From assembly GCA_044070495.1 (NCBI GenBank), contig JBIPSI010000017.1:32001-96000 (forward strand): a stretch of DNA of 64,000 nucleotides. The letters are read 5' to 3'. The notes beneath the pieces are model-generated. The model made no database searches and was not told the origin of the DNA. It saw only the letters and a program-made list of their open reading frames with translations. This document shows positions 55,976-64,000 of this stretch, one piece after another (within the stretch, counting starts at the first letter, position 1; every line of letters begins with the position of its first letter). The DNA is from Spirulina sp. Lineage in GTDB: Bacteria > Cyanobacteriota > Cyanobacteriia > Phormidesmidales > Phormidesmidaceae. The position numbers and the translations under genes were made by a program.

Positions 55976-56229
55976 TTAGGGATGCAAAGCTGATCGGATG
56001 GGGTTAGCCAAGCAGGATTTGGCGTTACGGCAACCCGAAGTTTTGGCAGGACAGGATCATGCGCCCATGCAGAGATGCGGATCTATACCTTCCTGCGAAG
56101 GCTAACCCCCGACGGTAGACCAAGGATCAAGGGAAACAAGGAAATTCACCGATGCCCGCCCTCCCTTCCAATCCTCTTGAGAGGATTTTGGCTTTGAGTC
56201 AAGGACTTCTAGTCCTTGGCTTGGATGGC

Positions 56230-56814
56230 CTAAGGTTCTGAGGAGTAGCCGCTGGCGTATTTATCCCACCAGCGGTTCAGCGGATAGTACAGAGCGGGGG
56301 CCCACAGGCTGCTAAGGATGGCTGAACTGAGGGCGATGCGCTGATGGTACAGCCAAATTTTGGGCAAGGACGGATAGAGGGAATCCGTAGAGACCAGTTG
56401 GTTGAAGCTAATTTGCAGGGCCAGTACGGTTTCGGCAATCACCGCCATGGCAAAGACGATCAGCGCAATGGACACGATATCTTCCTGGAGGTAGCGCTGT
56501 TTTTGAAGCCGAGCGGTGAGCACGCCAACCACAATTAAGCTGAGGGTATGGGTCGGATGGGGAGCCGTCATAGCATCCTGGAGCAAGCCCAACACAAGAC
56601 CCGCCATCGCCCCCTGCCAAGCGGTGCGCTTAACGCTCCAGGCCACCACCCAAATCAGCAGCCAGTGGGGAGCCACCCCCAGCAGTTCAATCCCTGGAAT
56701 CCGACCGGGCAACAGCAATAGGCAGACCAACACCGAGGCCACGGTCACCACCGCATTGAGAAACCAGTCCTGTCGGTAGAAGGGGCGCTTACGGCGGCCA
56801 ATCAAGGGTGTCAT
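56230..56814 (-). CDS. mreD: Rod shape-determining protein MreD
   Basis: PHWLLIWVVAWS, GLLQD; downstream of mreC. Confidence 0.9.
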   Translation of the reverse strand: MTPLIGRRKRPFYRQDWFLNAVVTVASVLVCLLLLPGRIPGIELLGVAPHWLLIWVVAWSVKRTAWQGAMAGLVLGLLQDAMTAPHPTHTLSLIVVGVLTARLQKQRYLQEDIVSIALIVFAMAVIAETVLALQISFNQLVSTDSLYPSLPKIWLYHQRIALSSAILSSLWAPALYYPLNRWWDKYASGYSSEP

Positions 56815-57611
56815 GGGGTTCCCCCAGGGGTTTCCTCTAGGTTGGGAAGGGTGGGTTCATCCACGGACTCCAGCGGCTCGAAGGGTTGAATAACGGCCCA
56901 CTCCAGAATCGGCAGGGGGGAAGAGAGCTGAATTGTGGCCTCTGGAGCCGGACTTTTGGTTAGGTCGATGGACTCCACCCGCCCGATGGGCACATCCCTA
57001 GGGAATAGACGGCTGTAGGAGGAGGTCACAATCACATCCCCAGCCTTTACATCGGGGTTTTTCTCAAAGAACTCCATCACCACGCGGTTGTTGGACTGCC
57101 CCCGCACCACGCCCATCACGCGGCTACGGCTGACCTTAGCCCCCACCCGACTGGTTGGATCGCTAATCAGCAACACCTTGGAGGTGCTAGGAGAAACGGT
57201 TACCACCCGACCGACGATGCCCCCCGGCCCGGTCACAATATAACCGGGAGCCACGCCCTGGCGACTGCCTCGGTTCAGGATCAGATGCTGCCACCAGTGA
57301 TCGGCAGCGCGACCAATTACGGCGGCACGGATTCCGGGTTGGGTCAGGGTTACCTCGTAATTCTCCAGTTCTCGCAGGGCGCGGTTTTGGCTTTCAAGCT
57401 CCACAATGCGCTGTTGCAGTTCGAGAATATAGCTATTCTCAATCTCCTGCTCGTAATTTAGGCCGGGTTGCAAAGGCCGAGTCAGCCAGTGGTAGGCTTC
57501 GTAGAGGGCAGCGCCTTCCGTGGCCCGCATTAACCAGGCCGAAGAAAGGGCTAGGGTGATAATCCCGGCCTTGAGGGCATGGCGAGTCCACCAGCGGCGT
57601 AGGGCAAACAT
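56811..57611 (-). CDS. mreC: Rod shape-determining protein MreC
   Basis: TM, coiled coil, AAVIGR, GIVGRV, VLLISD, GDVIVTS, PIGRV. Confidence 0.93.
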   Translation of the reverse strand: MFALRRWWTRHALKAGIITLALSSAWLMRATEGAALYEAYHWLTRPLQPGLNYEQEIENSYILELQQRIVELESQNRALRELENYEVTLTQPGIRAAVIGRAADHWWQHLILNRGSRQGVAPGYIVTGPGGIVGRVVTVSPSTSKVLLISDPTSRVGAKVSRSRVMGVVRGQSNNRVVMEFFEKNPDVKAGDVIVTSSYSRLFPRDVPIGRVESIDLTKSPAPEATIQLSSPLPILEWAVIQPFEPLESVDEPTLPNLEETPGGTP

Positions 57612-57643
57612 AGGGTTCTGGGTGAATAGAGCAGGGCAGGCAC

Positions 57644-58684
57644 TTACAGGCTAGAACGCCCGCTAAAGACCCGTCCCATCTGGCTGAAGTTTTCGAGTAC
57701 GCGTCCGGTACCCAACACCACGCAGCTCAGGGGATCGGCAGCCACATGCACCACAATGCCCGTCTCGTGGCTGATTAGGGTATCTAGCCCCTTCAGTAGG
57801 GCACCGCCGCCCGCCAGCATGATGCCGCGATCAATGATATCCGCCGCCAGTTCAGGAGGAGTCCGCTCTAGCGTGCGCTTCACGGCTTCGATGATCACTG
57901 AAAGAGGCTCGGCCATGCTTTCGCGAATTTCCGCACTCTTAACCGTGACGGTGCGGGGCAGACCCGACAGCAGGTGCAGCCCTCGAACGTCCATGGCGAT
58001 CTCGTTGTCGTTGGGGCTGGGGTAGGCCGAACCGATGGTAATTTTGATTTCCTCGGCGGTGCGTTCCCCCACCACAAGGTTGTGCACTTTCTTCATGTAG
58101 CTGGAGATCGATTCGCTGAGTTCATCCCCAGCCACCCGCACCGACTCGCTTAGCACGGTGCCTTGCAAGCTCAGAACGGCTACCTCGGTGGTGCCGCCGC
58201 CGATGTCTACAATCATGTTGCCGGTGGGTTCTGCCACGGGCAAACCTGCCCCAATGGCCGCCGCTACGGGTTCGTCAATTAAATAGACGGTGCGTGCCCC
58301 CGCCTGCTGGGCCGCATCCATCACCGCCCGCCGTTCCACGCCCGTTACACCGCTGGGAATGCCAATCACAATCCGGGGAGACACCAGCGTCCGACCCTCA
58401 TGCACCTGGCGAATGAAGTGCTTGAGCATGAGTTCGGCGGTGTCAAAGTCGGCAATTACGCCATCGCGCAGGGGACGCAGGGCCATTACGTTACCGGGGG
58501 TACGGCCCAGCATCCGCTTAGCTTCTTCCCCCACGGCCAGGGGCTTTTTCTCAGTTTGGTCAATTGCCACCACAGAGGGCTCTTGGAGGACAACCCCTTT
58601 GCCAGATACATATACCAGGGTGTTGGCCGTGCCAAGGTCAATCCCCATATCACGCGAAAATCTGTCGAAGATAGCCACAGGCAA
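57644..58684 (-). CDS. mreB: Actin-like protein MreB
   Basis: [34 protein letters not shown]. Confidence 0.97.
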   Translation of the reverse strand: MPVAIFDRFSRDMGIDLGTANTLVYVSGKGVVLQEPSVVAIDQTEKKPLAVGEEAKRMLGRTPGNVMALRPLRDGVIADFDTAELMLKHFIRQVHEGRTLVSPRIVIGIPSGVTGVERRAVMDAAQQAGARTVYLIDEPVAAAIGAGLPVAEPTGNMIVDIGGGTTEVAVLSLQGTVLSESVRVAGDELSESISSYMKKVHNLVVGERTAEEIKITIGSAYPSPNDNEIAMDVRGLHLLSGLPRTVTVKSAEIRESMAEPLSVIIEAVKRTLERTPPELAADIIDRGIMLAGGGALLKGLDTLISHETGIVVHVAADPLSCVVLGTGRVLENFSQMGRVFSGRSSL

Positions 58685-58998
58685 TCTGTCCCCAAGCTAG
58701 ATAAAACAACGAACCAACTCAGATCCGATGTGGATTCTATTACGTTTCGTATCAACCCGTCTAGTCAAGGGATTGTTATTACTCGGAGAAAAAGCGGGTT
58801 GCTGGCCCCCAATCCTAGGCCCCGCGCCATCATTAGCCCTCTGGTTCAACTCCCAGAAATATCAGAGATGGCCCAGCCCGATCTCCCCCGTAGATCCCCC
58901 GTCTCTTTGTAGATTGGCCAGCGTTTAGATGGGCCAGAGACCTGACAGCACCGAAACTTTGGCCTACAATGCGGGTTGCCGCTGTTGGTGATAGTGCA

Positions 58999-59358
58999 AT
59001 GAGCGTAAATGTGGTGACGCTGGTGGGCCGAGTCGGAGGCGATCCAGACGTGAAATACTTTGAGTCGGGCAGTGTGAAGTGTAGTCTAACCCTAGCCGTC
59101 CGGCGACGCTCTAGCCGAGACGATCAGCCTGACTGGTTCAATCTCGAACTGTGGGGTAAAACGGCTGAGGTGGCCGCAAACTATGTCCGAAAGGGTAGTC
59201 TCATTGGGGTTACCGGATCCCTTAAGTTTGACCATTGGCAGGATCGAACCACTGGGGCTAACCGATCTAAGCCAATTATTAAAGTGGACCGAATGGATTT
59301 ATTAGGTTCCCGCCGCGACAATGAAGCCCCCATGGGCTACAGCAACGATGAGTTTTAA
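58999..59358 (+). CDS. ssb: Single-stranded DNA-binding protein
   Basis: NVVTLVGR.G.DP, WF..E.WGK.AE, KGSL; acidic end DEF. Confidence 0.93.
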   Translation: MSVNVVTLVGRVGGDPDVKYFESGSVKCSLTLAVRRRSSRDDQPDWFNLELWGKTAEVAANYVRKGSLIGVTGSLKFDHWQDRTTGANRSKPIIKVDRMDLLGSRRDNEAPMGYSNDEF

Positions 59359-60275
59359 TTACGGTGGTTGTTGGCAAAACTAATGCGGGTACCTGCCCAG
59401 TTGAGCTTGTTGCGTAGGGTGCCGTAGTAGGAATAGTCTTGGCGCAGAATAATGAACTGGGCCATGGTGTCGGCCATGCGCACATCCACCCGCTGCCCTG
59501 GCCAGATGGCTGTCCCCAGCACCCCATCCGTCCACAGTTTAGTGCTGAGATCTGGATCGGCCAGGGGCCAAACGCTGACCACGGAACCCGGGGGCAGCAC
59601 AATCGGACGGCTCGATAGACTGAGCGGACAGATGGGCGTCACCACCAGGGCATCCATGCCAGGATGAATGATCGGGCCACCCGCCGCAACGGTGTAGCCC
59701 GTGGATCCGGTGGGGGTGCTAATGAGTAGGCCGTCGCCTTGGTATTGGTCTACCACTTCGCCATCAATTTCCATCTCCAGGATGGAGGTGATCATGCGGT
59801 CGGGGGAGGCGGGTTTGACGGCCATTTCGTTCAAGGCCAGAAATCGATCACTCATGGGTTCCAGATTGGTGCGATTACCCTGGAAAATTTGAGCTTGCAG
59901 CATCATACGTCGCTGCACCGCAAACCGATCCTCCAGCAGCCGCTGCCAAACGGCCTCGGTATCGTCCATGTGCTCGGAGGTTTCGGTTAAAAAACCCAGG
60001 TGCCCACCAATGTTGACGGCCAAAATCGGAATATTTTCGGCGGCCAAATTGCGGGCGGCGGTGAGGGCGGTGCCGTCGCCCCCAAACACAATGGCCAAGT
60101 CAATGGGCTGGCTCACGGAGGCTAGAAAGACGGGATAGGGGTTGTCCTTTGGCCCACTAGGCCCACGCAACACCTTGCTCCCCAAAGCCTCTAGCTCGCG
60201 AGCGCACTTTTCGGCCCACTGCTGGCTGAGGCGATTTCCGGCCTTATGGACAATAATGACTTGATTGAGTTGCAC
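59355..60275 (-). CDS. nadK: NAD(+) kinase
   Basis: GGDGT, GHLGFL, LNE, GDGL..STPTGSTGY..AAGGP. Confidence 0.93.
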   Translation of the reverse strand: MQLNQVIIVHKAGNRLSQQWAEKCARELEALGSKVLRGPSGPKDNPYPVFLASVSQPIDLAIVFGGDGTALTAARNLAAENIPILAVNIGGHLGFLTETSEHMDDTEAVWQRLLEDRFAVQRRMMLQAQIFQGNRTNLEPMSDRFLALNEMAVKPASPDRMITSILEMEIDGEVVDQYQGDGLLISTPTGSTGYTVAAGGPIIHPGMDALVVTPICPLSLSSRPIVLPPGSVVSVWPLADPDLSTKLWTDGVLGTAIWPGQRVDVRMADTMAQFIILRQDYSYYGTLRNKLNWAGTRISFANNHRN

Positions 60276-60521
60276 GGCCCGGTGCCCACCCCAGCGCAAA
60301 ATCTATCCCATCTTAAACGCAATGGCGGCAGGAATTGGTTTCCCACCGCCACAGGTTCTACGAGTTATCCATCCCTGCGAAACAGCCTAGATCTTGACAT
60401 CACAGACTGATCCGTAAACGGGTAATGCTGAAGACCTCGTTGCCCAGATGGCTCACAGGGCAAGCCTCCTAGAAAGCGTGCTAGCCTTAGCATCTTAGGG
60501 TAGAACTCACCAAAGTTGGGA

Positions 60522-60827
60522 CTACCACTTGAGCAGATTAAACTGCTCCATGTCAATGGTGTCGCGGTTGCGGTAGATGGAAAGCACAATGGCCAAGCCC
60601 ACAGCGGCTTCGGCAGCGGCAATGCTAATCACAAACACCGCAAACACCTGTCCATTAATACCCACTGGATCCAAGTAGTTGGAGAAGGCCATCAGGTTCA
60701 GGTTGACCGCGTTCAGCATCAATTCAATGGACATCAAAACGCGAATCACGTTGCGACTGGTCACAAGACCATATACCCCAATGCAAAATAGGGCGGCTGC
60801 GACAAGGAGGAAATACTCAAGTTGCAT
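60522..60827 (-). CDS. ndhE: NDH-1 subunit 4L
   Basis: [25 protein letters not shown]. Confidence 0.96.
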   Translation of the reverse strand: MQLEYFLLVAAALFCIGVYGLVTSRNVIRVLMSIELMLNAVNLNLMAFSNYLDPVGINGQVFAVFVISIAAAEAAVGLAIVLSIYRNRDTIDMEQFNLLKW

Positions 60828-60962
60828 GGCTGACTAGGGTGAAAAACTGGGCAACAAGCTTCAATGAAACAATAACGTTGAGCCATCCTACGGACTCACG
60901 GATATTTTGCTGGGAGACAGTCCTCTAGGGTGGACATCGCCCACCATCAAGACTCAGTAGCG

Positions 60963-61580
60963 CTAACGATCCCCATCACCGGACACTACCGGGGCCGAAG
61001 ACACTAGCTCCCGGCGACGCTCTGGCAATTGCAATGCCTCAGATTCTGGCTCACCGGGAACCGTATCAGGGATAAACTCGCGCCGTGCCAGCACAATCGC
61101 CCCAATCAAGGCAATGAGCAGGAGCACCGAGGCGAGTTCAAAGGGCAAGAGATAGTCGGTGAAAAAATGTTTGCCAATTTCCACAATCGCCTGTTCCCCG
61201 GCGGGCTGCTCGGAGGAAATGGCCCAGGGGGTATTGATCACCGATACCGTCAGCAGGGCAAACAAACCCGCGCAAACGCCCCCCGTAGCCACCTTGCTAA
61301 TCCAGGCCTGCCGGACAGGTAGGAAGGGCTGTCGCTTGTTGACCAACATAATCCCGAACAAAATTAGGACGTTAACGGCCCCCACGTATACCAGCACTTG
61401 GGCGGCGGCTACAAAGCCCGCATTGAGCAGAATGTACATGCCCGCCATGCTAATGAATACCCCACCCAAAAGAAAGGCGGAGTACACAATGTTCTCTAAT
61501 AACACCACTCCGAGGGCGCTACCCAGCACCATCAACGTCAGGATGCCAAAGGCAACCAGTTGAACCCCTTCTGCTAACGT
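60963..61580 (-). CDS. ndhG: NDH-1 subunit 6
   Basis: NIVYSAFLL, QVLVYVGAVNVL, LLPFELAS. Confidence 0.95.
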   Translation of the reverse strand, partial: TLAEGVQLVAFGILTLMVLGSALGVVLLENIVYSAFLLGGVFISMAGMYILLNAGFVAAAQVLVYVGAVNVLILFGIMLVNKRQPFLPVRQAWISKVATGGVCAGLFALLTVSVINTPWAISSEQPAGEQAIVEIGKHFFTDYLLPFELASVLLLIALIGAIVLARREFIPDTVPGEPESEALQLPERRRELVSSAPVVSGDGDR

Positions 61581-61666
61581 CACAGGCCTTTTACTCCTAG
61601 AAAACACCGATTGGGTTAGCCCCGTGGAGCCTCCCCGCTATTGAACCATACTTGACCGCAAGCCGC

Positions 61667-62260
61667 CTAGGGCTTGGCGTCGGCGGATTCCTCCAGAATC
61701 TCCTGGGGAAGTTTGCCTGCTCGCCGCGAATTGGGGGGCAGATCGTGGGGTTCCATCACCCCTTTGGGTAGGTAGGCCAGTTCCCGCAGTGGCGTCACCA
61801 TGGGATCCTGAGTCACTTTGTAGGGAAGGCGACCGAGGGCCACGTTGTCGTAGTTGAGTTCGTGGCGGTCGTAGGTGGCCATTTCGTACTCTTCGGTCAT
61901 GGAGAGGCAGTTGGTGGGGCAATATTCCACACAGTTGCCGCAAAAAATGCACACCCCAAAGTCGATACTGTAGTGCTTGAGATTTTTCTTCTTGGTGGCT
62001 TTGTCAAAGTCCCAATCCACCACGGGCAGGTTGATGGGGCAAACCCGTACGCACACTTCACAGGCGATGCACTTATCAAACTCGAAGTGAATTCGGCCTC
62101 GAAAGCGTTCGGAGGGAATCAGCTTTTCGTAGGGGTATTGCACCGTAATCGGACGACGCTTCATGTGGTCGAAGGTGACGGACAACCCCTGGCCAATATA
62201 CTTAGCCGCCTGAAAGCTTTCCTTCGCGTAGTCGCCAACCTGTTTGAGAAAACCCAGCAT
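61667..62260 (-). CDS. ndhI: NDH-1 subunit I (2x 4Fe-4S)
   Basis: [12 protein letters not shown] and [12 protein letters not shown]. Confidence 0.97.
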   Translation of the reverse strand: MLGFLKQVGDYAKESFQAAKYIGQGLSVTFDHMKRRPITVQYPYEKLIPSERFRGRIHFEFDKCIACEVCVRVCPINLPVVDWDFDKATKKKNLKHYSIDFGVCIFCGNCVEYCPTNCLSMTEEYEMATYDRHELNYDNVALGRLPYKVTQDPMVTPLRELAYLPKGVMEPHDLPPNSRRAGKLPQEILEESADAKP

Positions 62261-62385
62261 GGAAAAACCTCCAGCGTTTGAACATGTTTGATCAGTTGAG
62301 CGTCTTGCCGGACGGGTGAAATCTGTCAACTCCGCCTTGACCATATCAACGGCAAATCCCTAGACCGCCGTCCTCAGCCCCGCAT

Positions 62386-63504
62386 CTAGCCCCCAAAGGC
62401 AACGGGGAAAGCCAGCTTTAACCCTGCCGTCAGTAGCAGGTTAACGAGGGACACCGGGAGTAGAAACTTCCACCCGAAATCTAGCAGTTGGTCAATCCGC
62501 ACGCGGGGCACCGTCCAGCGCAGCAGAATGGCTAAAAAGACCAGGGCATAAGCCTTAAATAGCGTCATCATGATGCCAATGGAGGCGGCAATCACCTGAA
62601 ACCAGGGGGTGGTTTCGCTAACGCCGATCACATCGGCAATCCAGGTAACAGAGACCGGAAACTCCCAGCCCCCCAGGTACAGAATGGACACAATCAGGGC
62701 AGACAGCACCAAGTTGACGTAGGAGCCGACGTAGAACAGGCCAAACTTCATCCCGGTATATTCCGTTTGGTAGCCTGCCACCAGTTCTTCCTCCGCCTCA
62801 GGGAGGTCAAAGGGAAGGCGCTCACATTCCGCTAGGGCTGCAATCCAGAAAATCAAGAATCCGGCTGGTTGCCGCCAAATGTTCCAGCCCAGGATGCCGT
62901 AGCCCGACTGCTGGTTGACAATATCTATGGTACTAAGGCTGTTGGACATTAAGACCACCGCCAGCACCGCCAGCGCCATTGGAATTTCGTAGCTGATGGA
63001 TTGAGCCGCCGCCCGCAACCCCCCCAGCAAGGAGTACTTATTGTTGGAGGAGTAGCCCGCCATCAGCAACCCAATCGGGGCGATACTGGACAGGGCAATC
63101 CAGAGAAAAATACCGACACCGATGTCGGTAATCACCATATTTTGGCCAAAGGGCACGATGAGATAGGACAAAAAGACCGGAATCACGACAATGGCTGGCC
63201 CTAGGGTAAACAGGATAGGGTCGGCCTTGGCGGGGGTGATGTCTTCTTTGAACAGGAGCTTGATGCCGTCGGCGGCGGCTTGGAGGGTGCCCAGAGGCCC
63301 CACATATTCTGGGCCGATGCGCTGCTGGGCGGCGGCGGAGATTTTCCGCTCTAGCCACACCGTCACGAAAATGCTGACGGTAGCCCCCACTAAGATCACC
63401 ACCATGGGCAGCGGCAGCCAGAGGGTTTTGGCCACGCTGATCGGTAGTCCTAATTCGGTGAGCAACTCTACAAAGCTGCCCTGTAGGTCGATTCCTTGAG
63501 TCAT
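62386..63504 (-). CDS. ndhA: NDH-1 subunit 1
   Basis: [44 protein letters not shown]. Confidence 0.97.
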   Translation of the reverse strand: MTQGIDLQGSFVELLTELGLPISVAKTLWLPLPMVVILVGATVSIFVTVWLERKISAAAQQRIGPEYVGPLGTLQAAADGIKLLFKEDITPAKADPILFTLGPAIVVIPVFLSYLIVPFGQNMVITDIGVGIFLWIALSSIAPIGLLMAGYSSNNKYSLLGGLRAAAQSISYEIPMALAVLAVVLMSNSLSTIDIVNQQSGYGILGWNIWRQPAGFLIFWIAALAECERLPFDLPEAEEELVAGYQTEYTGMKFGLFYVGSYVNLVLSALIVSILYLGGWEFPVSVTWIADVIGVSETTPWFQVIAASIGIMMTLFKAYALVFLAILLRWTVPRVRIDQLLDFGWKFLLPVSLVNLLLTAGLKLAFPVAFGG

Positions 63505-63948
63505 GTCTTCGCCCTTTGCCGCGTCATCATTCACCATAACCCAAGTCCGTCAGTCAAATACGGAGCGTTGGGTGAAGATCCCCCAGGGATCCCAGCCTAG
63601 ATAGCACGTCTCCTGGAAAGACCGTGCAAAAAAGCTGAGATTAGCTGCTACGCCAATGCCCTAGGCCAAGAATTTTCCTAAAATTTTACCCGTTCTCCCT
63701 AGCAAACTTCGCGATTTTTCGGGTTTCTTTTCGACAGATCGTTCAGGATTTCTTGGATGACCGAACAGTGAACCCAATATCCCAATCGATCCTTAGCTAA
63801 CCCAGCCCAGTCCTGTCGCGAACGAGGGCGATCCCAAGGAAGCGCTCCCGGTCTACTCCTGCTCCGCCATGCCCTGACCCTTTGGGATAAAATAAAACCT
63901 CTTGAGATCGGCCAGTCAGGCTAATCTTTGTTCCCATTGAGTAAGGCT

Positions 63949-64000
63949 ATGAGCAAGGGCACCCTGTTTGATAAGGTTTGGGATCTGCATACTGTGGGTA
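63949..64000 (+). CDS. leuC: 3-isopropylmalate dehydratase large subunit, 5' end only (runs off the window)
   Basis: Translates to MSKGTLFDKVWDLHTVG, matching LeuC N-termini. Confidence 0.75.
   Translation, partial: MSKGTLFDKVWDLHTVG

Overview
Chromosomal window from a GC-rich cyanobacterium (psbU, ndhA/I/G/E, hetP-like and DUF2949 genes; a filamentous Leptolyngbya/Nodosilinea-like host is my inference). 1-16.1 kb holds mostly conserved genes: NTT/MFS-HEAT transporter plus cNMP-binding partner, class A beta-lactamase-like hydrolase, beta-barrel OMP, recQ, multi-GAF pseudo-kinase, Zn-ribbon/solute-binding receptor, rarD and an NYN-LOTUS RNase. About 16.2-25 kb is an AT-richer, MITE-studded accessory island. 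It carries two tandem psbU paralogues (one canonical, one divergent), a degenerate dienelactone-hydrolase-like gene, hsp20, a decaying REC-wHTH-PAS regulator, and remnants of a HetP/PPIase/cNMP-ABC module. About 25-48.2 kb is a divergently transcribed Wzx/Wzy exopolysaccharide cluster with its own glmM, a GMC oxidoreductase + DegT aminotransferase pair, an AsnB amidotransferase and a secreted alpha/alpha-toroid enzyme, but no priming transferase. 48.4-64 kb is housekeeping: chrA, gcvH, FHA-PBP1A, lysS, mreBCD, ssb, NAD kinase, ndhAIGE and the start of leuC. At least three MITE families (two with clear target-site duplications), GTAG-type REPs and several short tandem repeats are visible. I saw no CRISPR array, tRNA or rRNA. 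All product calls are from motif recognition by eye; no database searches were run.
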